From Pelagibacteraceae bacterium AG-464-B04 (GTDB lineage: Bacteria; Pseudomonadota; Alphaproteobacteria; Pelagibacterales; Pelagibacteraceae): DNA of 64,000 bases. The notes beneath the pieces were generated by a model that saw nothing but the letters and a program-made list of their open reading frames with translations, did no database searches and was not told the origin of the DNA. Where the stretch lies: contig QCRZ01000002.1 of NCBI GenBank assembly GCA_003209225.1, positions 4,864 to 68,863 of the forward strand, written 5' to 3'. Of the stretch, positions 27,067 through 35,955 are shown in pieces. Numbering within the stretch: position 1 is the stretch's first letter; every line of letters starts with the position of its first letter. Position numbers and translations under genes: made by a program.

Positions 27067-28452
27067 ATGACTGACGAATTAGGTGCTCTTACCGTCATAT
27101 TTACAGAATTCTACTACTGGATAACAGTAGTACTCATGTTTTTAATTCACGTGGGTTTCTGTATGTATGAAGTTGGAGCTTCACGTTATAAACACCACCA
27201 ACATACTTTGATGAAAAATACAATATTGATACCGTTGGTAACTATTACATGGTTTTTCTTTGGATGGTGGATTTATTGGGCCTTCCCAACTGGACCAGGT
27301 CTTGCTCCGTCTATAATGACGGAAAGTACTGGTTTAATTTTGGGAGGTGGATTTGGTGCAAACGAATTAGCAAATCCAATGAGTCCAATAATGGCTGTTA
27401 ATTTAAACGATCACATTAATGGAGTGTTCTGGGCTGCGTTCTTGCTGTTTTCTTGGACCGCTGCTTCGATCGTCTCCGGAGCATTAATTGAAAGAATTAC
27501 AACTTTTGCATTTGGTATTTTGGCAATTGCGATTGGTTCTGTATTTTGGACAATAGATGCTGCTTGGGGTTGGCACTTTGATGGTTGGATGCTTAAACTG
27601 TTGGGTTACCATGATGCTTATGCATCAGGTGTAATTCACGCTATAGCTGGAGGATTTGCTTTAGGTGTGCTTTGTGTTTTAGGCCCACGTATTGGAAAAT
27701 TTTCTTCTAGTGGTGAACCGAGAAACATTGGACCAAGAAACCCTTGGTTAGTCTGTGTAGGATTATTTTTAATTTACACAGGATTCTGGGGATTCTATGC
27801 GGCATGTAATATTCCGATATTTAATCTTGGACCAGAATATGGATTGGGAGATGGAGTAAACTTCTTTACTGCAACTAACATCTATGTAACGCCAACAACA
27901 CTTAGTGGTATTACTATGAACTTCTTAATGTCGTTAGCTGGTGGTTTACTAGCTGGATATTGGGTTTCAAAAGGTGATCCATTCTGGACTTATTCAGGCG
28001 GACTAGCTGGTATCATTACTGCTTCAGCAGGCAATGACTTATACCATCCTATACAATCAATGATTATTGCAATGGTTGGTGTGTGGGTTGCTTACAAAAT
28101 GCATTACTGGGTTGAACGTAAGTTCAAAATTGATGATGCGGTTGGAGCTGTAGCTGTTCACGGATATGCTGGAGTTGTCGGACTTGTAATCTGCGGTTTC
28201 GTTCTATGGGGTTACCCTTCATCAGGATATGATGGTTTGGGTTACGCAGCAATTAATCCTATTGGAATGATTATCGGAGCTATTATTATGTTTGGGCTTC
28301 TTGGTTTCTTACCGGGTTGGATCTTAGCTAAAATACTTCATTCATCAGGTAAACTTCGTATACCTCGTGAAGTAGAGCTAGCTGGATTAGACTACAACAT
28401 TTTGGAGGCTGCTAAAAAAGATGAAAAAGCAGTTGCTTCATCTAACAGATAG
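27067..28452 (+). CDS. amtB: Ammonium (possibly methylammonium) transporter, Amt family
   Basis: 461 aa from ATG 27067, which is preceded by GGGAGG. About 11 TM helices. Conserved His segments ASGVIHAIAGG and DDAVGAVAVHGYAGVVG. Confidence 0.85.
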   Translation: MTDELGALTVIFTEFYYWITVVLMFLIHVGFCMYEVGASRYKHHQHTLMKNTILIPLVTITWFFFGWWIYWAFPTGPGLAPSIMTESTGLILGGGFGANELANPMSPIMAVNLNDHINGVFWAAFLLFSWTAASIVSGALIERITTFAFGILAIAIGSVFWTIDAAWGWHFDGWMLKLLGYHDAYASGVIHAIAGGFALGVLCVLGPRIGKFSSSGEPRNIGPRNPWLVCVGLFLIYTGFWGFYAACNIPIFNLGPEYGLGDGVNFFTATNIYVTPTTLSGITMNFLMSLAGGLLAGYWVSKGDPFWTYSGGLAGIITASAGNDLYHPIQSMIIAMVGVWVAYKMHYWVERKFKIDDAVGAVAVHGYAGVVGLVICGFVLWGYPSSGYDGLGYAAINPIGMIIGAIIMFGLLGFLPGWILAKILHSSGKLRIPREVELAGLDYNILEAAKKDEKAVASSNR

Positions 28453-28468
28453 AAAGGAGAAATAGCTT

Positions 28469-28714
28469 ATGGCTACATTAACAAGTTGGGTGCAACATTT
28501 AACAACAGATGTTGACTCAGAAACTGAAGGAATGCAAGTTGCCGGAGAGATTTATCCTATGGTTGGAACTGAAGGATGGTTGCTCTTAATCGGTGTTATT
28601 ATTTGGTTAGCTTGGCACGTTGCTACTGGCAATGGTGAAGCTGAAGAGCATAAAAAATTGGCGAGGAAATCACCTGGCTCAAATGCTCACAAAAATAATA
28701 TTACCGAATGGTAG
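28469..28714 (+). CDS. Small single-pass membrane protein co-transcribed with amt
   Basis: 81 aa. AAAGGAGA ribosome-binding site 16 nt after the amt stop. TM helix GWLLLIGVIIWLAWHVA. It occupies the position usually held by glnK. Confidence 0.6.
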   Translation: MATLTSWVQHLTTDVDSETEGMQVAGEIYPMVGTEGWLLLIGVIIWLAWHVATGNGEAEEHKKLARKSPGSNAHKNNITEW

Positions 28715-28739
28715 TAGTATAACAAATTAGTTAATTTAA

Positions 28740-28770
28740 GGGCGCTGATTATCTCAGCGCCCTTTTTTTT
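28740..28770 (+). terminator. Strong rho-independent terminator of the amt operon
   Basis: GGGCGCTGA-TTATC-TCAGCGCCC (9-bp stem) followed by T8. Confidence 0.9.
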
Positions 28771-28783
28771 AGTTTTTAAAATC

Positions 28784-28927
28784 ATGGAAAATAAAGATCA
28801 AAAAAAAAATAAAATACCTTATCGAATGGCAAGAATTGCATTTCCTAAAGCTAAATATGGAGTTTTTCTAGCAATATCTATTATTCTTCTTATTTTATTA
28901 ATACTTTACAAAGATTTAATTTTATAA
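28784..28927 (+). CDS. Possible 47-aa single-pass membrane peptide (below the ORF-track cutoff)
   Basis: My translation reads MENKDQKKNKIPYRMARIAFPKAKYGVFLAISIILLILLILYKDLIL*. No clear ribosome-binding site. It fills most of the spacer between the terminator and the next gene. Confidence 0.3.
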   Translation: MENKDQKKNKIPYRMARIAFPKAKYGVFLAISIILLILLILYKDLIL

Positions 28928-28939
28928 TTAATTTATTTT

Positions 28940-30265
28940 ATGGCAAAAGATTTATCGAAAATAGCAAAACAAAAAAAAATCAAATATTTTCTAATCAGTT
29001 TTGTTGATCTTTTTGGAGTTCTAAGGTCAAAATTAGTTCCAACTGAAGCCATCAAAGATATGCAAAAAAATGGGGCGGGATTTGCTGGATTTGCTACTTG
29101 GCTAGATATGTCACCCGCTGACTCAGATATGTTTGCTAAACCAGATCCTGATAGCTTAATACAACTACCTTGGAAAAAAGAGATTGGATGGTTGGCTTCT
29201 GATTTATGGATGAATAACAAGCCAGTAGATGCTTCACCTCGGGAAATGTTAAAAAAACAAATTATAAGATTAAGTAAAAAAGGTTTAATTCTGAAATCGG
29301 GAGTTGAGTGTGAATATTTTTTAATTAATAAAGAAGGTACTGCAATCGCAGATAATAGAGATGTTCAGTCTAAACCTTGTTATGATCAATCTGCTCTTAT
29401 GCGTCAATATGAGTTAATAAAAGAAATTTGTGATTACATGATACAATTAGGTTGGGGCCCATATCAAAATGATCATGAAGACGCTAATGGCCAATTTGAA
29501 ATGAACTGGAATTATTCTGACAGTCTAAAGACAGCGGATAGGCACGTTTTTTTTAAATTCATGGTTAAAACAATTGCTGAAAAGCATGACTTAAGAGCTA
29601 CTTTTATGCCTAAACCTTTCGAAAAATTAACAGGAAACGGTTGTCATTCGCATGTTTCGTTATGGAAAGGAAATACTAATGTATTTTTAGATTCTGGAGA
29701 TAGATATGGTTTATCCAAAATAGCTTATAATTTTCTTGCTGGCGTTTTACATTCCGCAGAGTCTTTATGTGCCTTTTTTAATCCAACAATTAATAGTTAC
29801 AGAAGAATTGATGCTCCACCAACAGAGTCTGGTGCTAGTTGGTCCCCAAGCAGTGTAACATATACCGGGAACAATAGAACACATATGATTAGAATTCCTG
29901 ATGCTGGAAGATTTGAATTAAGATTAATGGATGGCTCCACAAATCCATACTTATTACAAGCTGGAGTTATAGCGGCTGGAATAGATGGAATGGACAAAAA
30001 AAGAGATCCTGGTAAACCTTTGTTAATTAACATGTATACAAATCAAAAAGATTATCCAAATTTAAAAAAGCTACCTTCTGAATTAGAAGGTGCTCTTGAA
30101 AATTTAGTAAATAGCAAAGAAATAAATGAAGCTTTTGGAGAAAAAGTAATTAACAGTTATATAAAACTAAAAAATAATGAAATTGATAATTTTAATGCTA
30201 AAGAAACTTTTTTAAAAGAAAAGCCAATTACTGAATGGGAAAAACTAAATACTTTAGATTGTTAA
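28940..30265 (+). CDS. Glutamine-synthetase-family ligase, type-I-like paralogue (GS or gamma-glutamyl-amine synthetase)
   Basis: 441 aa. KYFLISFVDLFGVLRSKLVP (beta-grasp), HEDANGQFEMNW, KPFEKLTGNGCHSHVSLW, NSYRRI, RIPDAGRFELRLMDGSTNPYL. Confidence 0.75.
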   Translation: MAKDLSKIAKQKKIKYFLISFVDLFGVLRSKLVPTEAIKDMQKNGAGFAGFATWLDMSPADSDMFAKPDPDSLIQLPWKKEIGWLASDLWMNNKPVDASPREMLKKQIIRLSKKGLILKSGVECEYFLINKEGTAIADNRDVQSKPCYDQSALMRQYELIKEICDYMIQLGWGPYQNDHEDANGQFEMNWNYSDSLKTADRHVFFKFMVKTIAEKHDLRATFMPKPFEKLTGNGCHSHVSLWKGNTNVFLDSGDRYGLSKIAYNFLAGVLHSAESLCAFFNPTINSYRRIDAPPTESGASWSPSSVTYTGNNRTHMIRIPDAGRFELRLMDGSTNPYLLQAGVIAAGIDGMDKKRDPGKPLLINMYTNQKDYPNLKKLPSELEGALENLVNSKEINEAFGEKVINSYIKLKNNEIDNFNAKETFLKEKPITEWEKLNTLDC

Positions 30266-30269
30266 TATT

Positions 30270-30686
30270 TTATTCCCCTATCAAATGGCAACTGATCTTT
30301 CTTGATTGATTATTTAATTTGTGTTCGAACAAAAAAAGTCCTTGCCAGATCCCTAGGGTTAATCTCTTATTCTTAACACTCAAAGTTAATTGATTATTTG
30401 TCAAAACTGATTTTAAATGCGCCGGCATATCATCAATACCTTCGGTTTTATGTTTGTATAAATCATTATTCATTGGAACTAATTTATCAAAAAAATTCTT
30501 TATATCATGAAGAACATCGGGATCTGCATTTTCTTGTATGATAAGTGAAGCGCTGGTATGTAAAATATTTAAATTTAAAATTCCATCTATAATTTTTTGT
30601 TTTTTAATCCAACCTTCTATTTCTTTTGTAAAGTTATATAAGCCCTTCCCTTTAGTTATGATTTTTAGTTCGTAAAAAATTTGCAC
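30270..30686 (-). CDS. yjbQ: YjbQ/UPF0047 family protein
   Basis: 138 aa. ILHTSASLIIQENADPDV...DDMPAHLKS...LTLGIWQGLFLFEH, the typical UPF0047 pattern. Confidence 0.75.
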   Translation of the reverse strand: MQIFYELKIITKGKGLYNFTKEIEGWIKKQKIIDGILNLNILHTSASLIIQENADPDVLHDIKNFFDKLVPMNNDLYKHKTEGIDDMPAHLKSVLTNNQLTLSVKNKRLTLGIWQGLFLFEHKLNNQSRKISCHLIGE

Positions 30687-30738
30687 GTTTTATAAATACC
30701 TTGTTTCAGTTGTACTTCATAAATTAATTTTAATCTTT

Positions 30739-31161
30739 TTAAATATTAAAATCCTGATTATATTTTGTTCGAGGATTCTTTCTTAATCCAAAAGGACCAG
30801 AAATAAAAATTGTAAGAGGTTTTGTTCCTTTTTTTAAATCAACTCTATGAAGGTTGTCAGCAGAACGAAATCCAATATATCCTGGTGCTCTCCAATATTT
30901 TCCACTGTTTAGGGTTTCCCAATAGCCATATCTAAGAACAATTGTTATATAAGGACACATATGATTATGAACTCCTTGGCCATGATCATTATCTAACATT
31001 TCATGAACAATTATATTAAAAGGAAACCATTTGGGTCTTTTTCTAAACAGCAAATAATATCTATTCATCCAAGGTTTAGCTTTATAATGTTCAGGATGAT
31101 TTGGGCCCCTATCTAATACCAATCTTTTTCTTCCAAATTTTTCTAACAATCGTAAAAACAT
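30739..31161 (-). CDS. Hypothetical protein (His-rich, cupin-like core)
   Basis: 140 aa. MNRYYLLFRKRPKWFPFNIIVHEMLDNDHGQGVHNH...FISGPFG. It resembles a widespread uncharacterised family that I cannot name. Confidence 0.5.
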   Translation of the reverse strand: MFLRLLEKFGRKRLVLDRGPNHPEHYKAKPWMNRYYLLFRKRPKWFPFNIIVHEMLDNDHGQGVHNHMCPYITIVLRYGYWETLNSGKYWRAPGYIGFRSADNLHRVDLKKGTKPLTIFISGPFGLRKNPRTKYNQDFNI

Positions 31162-31208
31162 TAAACAAATGTAATCTTAAATATAAATTTTTAAAGAAAT
31201 ACTTTCTA

Positions 31209-32531
31209 TTAATTAAAAACAAGTACTGATTTATTCGTTAAAACATGCAGTTTATTGCCACCTATTAAAGGTTCCGAGAGCTGAAAATTTCCTATTTTTG
31301 ATACATTCTGAACTTTTCCAGTATTAGCTGAACAAATTATAATGTAACCAATATTTGTAGTTACATAAACTTTTCCTGAAGCAACCAAAAATCCTTGGAT
31401 AACTAATTTTTTCTTTTGCTTAAGTTGAAATTTTTTTAAAATATTGTTTGCTCTTATAATTTTTCCTTTAACAATATCCACAACAATCAAATAACCATCT
31501 TGTGAGATTGTAAATAAATAATTATTTGATATGACTGGTCTTAGATTTGAATTAACATTTAGTATCCAGTTTAATATTCCTGATTTTTTATCTAGCGAAA
31601 ACAATTTAGAAAAGTTATTTGAAAAAAATAAATCTTTTTTAAAAAAAACAATATCTGAAGTTTCCAAAAAATTAGTTTCATGCTTAACTAATGTATTTTC
31701 GGTTGGAAGAAACCAATTTAGTTCACCGGTATTGATATTAACATTTGAAATATCACCTGATGTGTTGGAAAAAATTACTGAGTCTTGAATTATAACAATT
31801 GATAGTTTTTTGGTTGTTTTTATAAAGGAAGGATTTGTTGTAAATGACCAAAGTATTTTTCCATTATCAATGGAAAAACAATTAATCACGTTATCGCTGT
31901 CTACAGCAAAAATTTTATTTTTTAATACTTTGATTTGCGAATTGAACAAGGCTTTGTGTTGTTTGATCCATATTGTTCTTCCTGTATTAACATCCAAAAC
32001 ATAATATTTACCAAGATTATCAATTGCATATAATTTTTCTTTAAAAAGTGTCAAAGAAATATTATCAATTTTTTTTTTTTCTTTTTTGCTATAAATATTT
32101 CTATTCCACTGAATTTTATTGTTAACAAATTTTAAAATTGAACCTTCGCCATCTACAGTTATTAAATAATTTTCTTTAATAATTAAAGGATTCTCTTTAA
32201 TAAATTTATTTTCTATTTTTTCAAATTTTAGTTTTGAAAACTTTTGTAAATTACCATCAAATTTAAGATGGTTAACTGAATTTGCATAATTTTTTCCAGA
32301 CATTAACCAATTGTTATTTTTTATTGGTTCAAAATTTAAATTAATTTCTAAATCTGGATTTAATTCTGCATCAATTAAGCTTTGACTATCAGATAATTTT
32401 ATAAGCTTAACACTTCTTTCTTTTATTTTTTTATTATTGTCCCATATTCCAGTTTTATCATCAAATGAACATTCAAAAAGCATTGCTGAAAAAATAATTA
32501 TAAGTGAAAATTTTATAAATTTATTCACCAT
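31209..32531 (-). CDS. bamB: PQQ-like beta-propeller outer-membrane assembly factor BamB
   Basis: 440 aa with an N-terminal signal/lipoprotein-like Cys and repeated beta-propeller blades. It lies directly downstream of a YfgM-like TPR gene, matching the conserved yfgM-bamB synteny. Confidence 0.65.
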   Translation of the reverse strand: MVNKFIKFSLIIIFSAMLFECSFDDKTGIWDNNKKIKERSVKLIKLSDSQSLIDAELNPDLEINLNFEPIKNNNWLMSGKNYANSVNHLKFDGNLQKFSKLKFEKIENKFIKENPLIIKENYLITVDGEGSILKFVNNKIQWNRNIYSKKEKKKIDNISLTLFKEKLYAIDNLGKYYVLDVNTGRTIWIKQHKALFNSQIKVLKNKIFAVDSDNVINCFSIDNGKILWSFTTNPSFIKTTKKLSIVIIQDSVIFSNTSGDISNVNINTGELNWFLPTENTLVKHETNFLETSDIVFFKKDLFFSNNFSKLFSLDKKSGILNWILNVNSNLRPVISNNYLFTISQDGYLIVVDIVKGKIIRANNILKKFQLKQKKKLVIQGFLVASGKVYVTTNIGYIIICSANTGKVQNVSKIGNFQLSEPLIGGNKLHVLTNKSVLVFN

Positions 32532-33165
32532 AGTTGTTTTTAACTCTTTGTAATGCTTGGTTATATATATTTTTGTTATTAATTTTTGAATTAAAAATTT
32601 TAGAATAAAAATCTTTTGCCTTCTGTTTTTCTCCTTTAAATAAAAAATAATCTCCTAGCAACAGCAATGAGTGGGGTCTCCAAAAACTTTCTGAATTTAT
32701 TATTGGTTTTAATGTTTTAAGCATTTCATTTTCATTCTGTGTATCAAAATTAAAAAGTGCCTTTTTATATATTACTAAATTTTTTATCTCTTTATCTAAT
32801 TTTACATCATTAATTACCTTATCAAATAAAGAATTGATTTTTTTGTTTGATTCTACAAATTTATTATCAAGTAGAAAAAATAATGAAAGGGGGGCATAGG
32901 TAGAGTCTCTAGTATCTATTATTTGATAAAATTCATTTAAGTCAATTTTTTCTTTTTTAACATCATAACTTAGAGTTGCTTTTATAAATCTATTAGCGAT
33001 CTTTACTTTTTGTTTTTTTACATTATCAAAGTAAAAAAAGATTAAAAAAATACTTAATAATGCAAAACTTATAAAAAAATAAATCTTTTTCTTATGATTG
33101 TTAAAGAAATTTTTAATCTGCTCTTTTCTAGTACTTTGTGCAATAATAGCTAAATCTTCATCCAT
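32521..33165 (-). CDS. YfgM-like membrane-anchored TPR-like protein
   Basis: 214 aa with one N-terminal TM helix (IYFFISFALLSIFLIFFYF) and a helical TPR-like body. 11-nt overlap with bamB. Confidence 0.55.
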   Translation of the reverse strand: MDEDLAIIAQSTRKEQIKNFFNNHKKKIYFFISFALLSIFLIFFYFDNVKKQKVKIANRFIKATLSYDVKKEKIDLNEFYQIIDTRDSTYAPLSLFFLLDNKFVESNKKINSLFDKVINDVKLDKEIKNLVIYKKALFNFDTQNENEMLKTLKPIINSESFWRPHSLLLLGDYFLFKGEKQKAKDFYSKIFNSKINNKNIYNQALQRVKNNYGE

Positions 33166-33180
33166 AAATTTACAATAGTG

Positions 33181-33960
33181 CTAATATATATTTTTTTTAC
33201 TTGGAAACTTTTTATTTATAACTTCTTGCTTAAATTTTAAAACACTACTTCTTATAATTTTTCTAATATTAGAGTATTTTTTAACAAATCTTGGTGTAAA
33301 ATTGGTTAATCCAACAAGATCATCTGTAACCAAGATTTGACCATCACAGTATTTAGATGCACCAATGCCAATAGTAGGTATTAACACAGAATTCGATATT
33401 TTTTTAGCTAAACTTTCTTGAACACATTCAATCACAATAGCAAAAACACCTGCATCACATAACAATCTTGCATCATCAATAATTTTTTTCTTCTCAATTT
33501 CTCTTCTTCCTTTGAATCTAAAAGTTCCTCTTTCAGATTGAGGAAGCAATCCTATATGTCCCATAACTGAAATTTTTTTTTTTATTAAATATTTAATAAT
33601 ATTAATAATTTTTTTTCCTCCTTCTAATTTTAAAGCATCACACTTTGTTAATTTAATGATTTTTTTTGCATTTTGATATGCTTCTTTATTATTTCTGTAT
33701 GTTTTGTAAGGCATATCAACTACTAAAATGCTATTTGAAATTGCTTTTTTTACACTTTTTGCATGATTTATCATCATGTCAAGTGTTACTTCTCTTGTAG
33801 ACTTCATTCCATATAAAACAGACCCGAGAGAGTCACCTACTAAAATTATATCACAATACTTATCTAAAATTTGCGCAACTGTACTTGAATATGCGGTTAG
33901 ACAAATAATCGGTTTTTTATATTTTCTTTTTATTATTTTTTTGATTTTGTCATTTTTCAT
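33181..33960 (-). CDS. panB: 3-methyl-2-oxobutanoate hydroxymethyltransferase
   Basis: 259 aa. CLTAYSSTVAQILD, ILVGDSLGSVLYG, VVDMPY, LKLEGG, GIGAS..CDGQILVTDDLVG. Confidence 0.9.
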   Translation of the reverse strand: MKNDKIKKIIKRKYKKPIICLTAYSSTVAQILDKYCDIILVGDSLGSVLYGMKSTREVTLDMMINHAKSVKKAISNSILVVDMPYKTYRNNKEAYQNAKKIIKLTKCDALKLEGGKKIINIIKYLIKKKISVMGHIGLLPQSERGTFRFKGRREIEKKKIIDDARLLCDAGVFAIVIECVQESLAKKISNSVLIPTIGIGASKYCDGQILVTDDLVGLTNFTPRFVKKYSNIRKIIRSSVLKFKQEVINKKFPSKKNIY

Positions 33961-33981
33961 TTTAAGAAATGAAGTTTTTTA

Positions 33982-34422
33982 TTAATTAGTGTTAATTTTT
34001 GGTTCTATGCTTTTAATTTTATCACTAATATAAGTTTTTTTATCACAAAGATTTGAGCAAACAAGTGAAAATTTTTCACCTAGCTCTTTTACTTTTGAAA
34101 AATTTGATTTTTCTAATTCTAACTCAATTAACATTAACAAAGCTTCTTCATTTTTTGGGTTAAGTAGCAAAGTTGTTTCTAAATTTTTTTCTGATTTTTT
34201 TGAATTATTTTCTTCTTTATAAATTTTAGCTAAATACAAATATGATTGATAATCTTTTGGATTAAAAACTAAAGCTTTTTGGAACAAAAATTTTGATTGA
34301 TCATAATTTTTTTTTTCAAAATATATTTTTGCGTCTTCAAAATAATTTTTATTCGCAGCTATTAAATTACTCGACAACAGTAAAATAATTATTAATATTT
34401 TTAGCATTGAAAATCTAATCAT
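33982..34422 (-). CDS. Secreted TPR-repeat protein
   Basis: 146 aa with a signal peptide. TPR-like segments include YDQSKFLFQKALVFNPKDYQSYLYLAKIY. Confidence 0.6.
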   Translation of the reverse strand: MIRFSMLKILIIILLLSSNLIAANKNYFEDAKIYFEKKNYDQSKFLFQKALVFNPKDYQSYLYLAKIYKEENNSKKSEKNLETTLLLNPKNEEALLMLIELELEKSNFSKVKELGEKFSLVCSNLCDKKTYISDKIKSIEPKINTN

Positions 34423-35038
34423 TTAAAATCCTTAAACTTTTGCAAAAAATGTAAATTTCTTTGGATTCTTTTCGACTAGATTTGGGTTTAAAAAAAAAAA
34501 TATTCTTAAATACTTTTTTTGCTTCTTTTTGGATTTCTTTAAAAACAGATCCCATAAAAATTTTTGATACAAAAACTCCTTTAATATTTAAAACTCTTTT
34601 GGAAAATTCTAAAGCATTTAAGCACAAATTACCAGTTCTTATAGAATCAAGCTCTTTATTACCTGTAGTATTTGATGCCATATCAGAAACTACTACATCT
34701 ATTTTTTTATTAAAGTAATTTATAATATCATCTTGAATGTTTGGATTGATAAAATCTCCTCTTAAAAATTTAACATTAACAATAGGTAACATTTCTTTGA
34801 TATCTACTGATAAAATTTTTCCATTTTTATTTTTTTTTGACGCAACCTGCGACCATCCGCCTGGGGCTGATCCTAGATCTAATATAAATTTTGAATTAGA
34901 TAAAAAATTAAATTTTTGATCAATCTCAATTAATTTAAATGCTGATCTAGATCTATAGCCTTGAGTCTTAGATTCTTTTGTATAAAAATCATTTTTTTGC
35001 CTTTTAACCCAATTTTTTGAAAATTTATTTTTTTTCAA
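34415..35038 (-). CDS. rlmE: 23S rRNA (uridine-2'-O)-methyltransferase RlmE/FtsJ
   Basis: 207 aa. YRSRSAFKLIEID, DLGSAPGGWSQV, VVSDMA. Confidence 0.9.
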   Translation of the reverse strand: MKKNKFSKNWVKRQKNDFYTKESKTQGYRSRSAFKLIEIDQKFNFLSNSKFILDLGSAPGGWSQVASKKNKNGKILSVDIKEMLPIVNVKFLRGDFINPNIQDDIINYFNKKIDVVVSDMASNTTGNKELDSIRTGNLCLNALEFSKRVLNIKGVFVSKIFMGSVFKEIQKEAKKVFKNIFFFKPKSSRKESKEIYIFCKSLRILND

Positions 35039-35953
35039 TTAATCAATACCAAATCTTAAGCTTTTGAGAGTTTTTTCTCCTTTAACTGTTTCAATTGTGA
35101 CTTTTACGTTTTTGTCCACTCTCATATCGCTATCTTTGTTCCAAATACCCGCAGCAAGATGCATGATTCCGATTTTTAAATGTGGCAAATATGGCTCAAC
35201 AAAGTTTTTAGTATTATCATCATATTTTGGCAATAAATTACTAGCTATCCAATTGCAAGTTAAAGGTAAAAATTCTGCTTCAATATTGTCCACATACACA
35301 CTAATATTTATTGCCAAACCTTCTGAGCCAAAAATACTCCCTCCTTTTAAAGCTTTTTTTAAATTGTTTTGCCATATATTCCAATTAACTGATTTTTTTT
35401 CTAAAGAAAAAACACCTATATTTAAATGTGGAGCAAAAGCTATACTCCTGGCAATGTTTTCTGAGAATCCTGATTTTTTTGCATGTTTGTAATTTTGGGA
35501 TTTTATTGCAGCTAGCTTTCCAAAAAACCATTTTACTCTTGTTAATACTTTGTAGCCTGGACCAATTGTTTGTGTAATTCCAATTTTTCCATTTTCACAA
35601 GCCTTGAAATATAAATCGATACAATCCCATGAATTTACCCATGCATCACAATCTATCCATAAATATTTTTCAAAATTAGGGAAATAATTAGGCAAAAAAG
35701 CTCTTGAGATTTGACTCTTAAGCCATTCCCTTCCTAACACTTTTAGTTTAGGAACTTCAATATCCCAATTTGCTTTTTTGATGATTGCAACTTTATCCTT
35801 TAGACTTTGGATTTGCTCCTCTCTTAATCCTGCATCTAAAACACAAATAGAGACATTTTTGCTTTGTTCGAATCTTTTAATTGAATCAATTAACTCAAGA
35901 AGTAATTCAAAATAATTTGAATCTGCAAGAGTTACGATTGCTCTTGAATTCAT
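35039..35953 (-). CDS. Putative nucleotide-diphospho-sugar glycosyltransferase (GT8-like)
   Basis: 304 aa. AIVTLADSNYFELLLELIDSI, VLDAGL, and YLWIDCDAW (DxD-like). Weak recognition only. Confidence 0.4.
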   Translation of the reverse strand: MNSRAIVTLADSNYFELLLELIDSIKRFEQSKNVSICVLDAGLREEQIQSLKDKVAIIKKANWDIEVPKLKVLGREWLKSQISRAFLPNYFPNFEKYLWIDCDAWVNSWDCIDLYFKACENGKIGITQTIGPGYKVLTRVKWFFGKLAAIKSQNYKHAKKSGFSENIARSIAFAPHLNIGVFSLEKKSVNWNIWQNNLKKALKGGSIFGSEGLAINISVYVDNIEAEFLPLTCNWIASNLLPKYDDNTKNFVEPYLPHLKIGIMHLAAGIWNKDSDMRVDKNVKVTIETVKGEKTLKSLRFGID

Positions 35954-35955
35954 TT

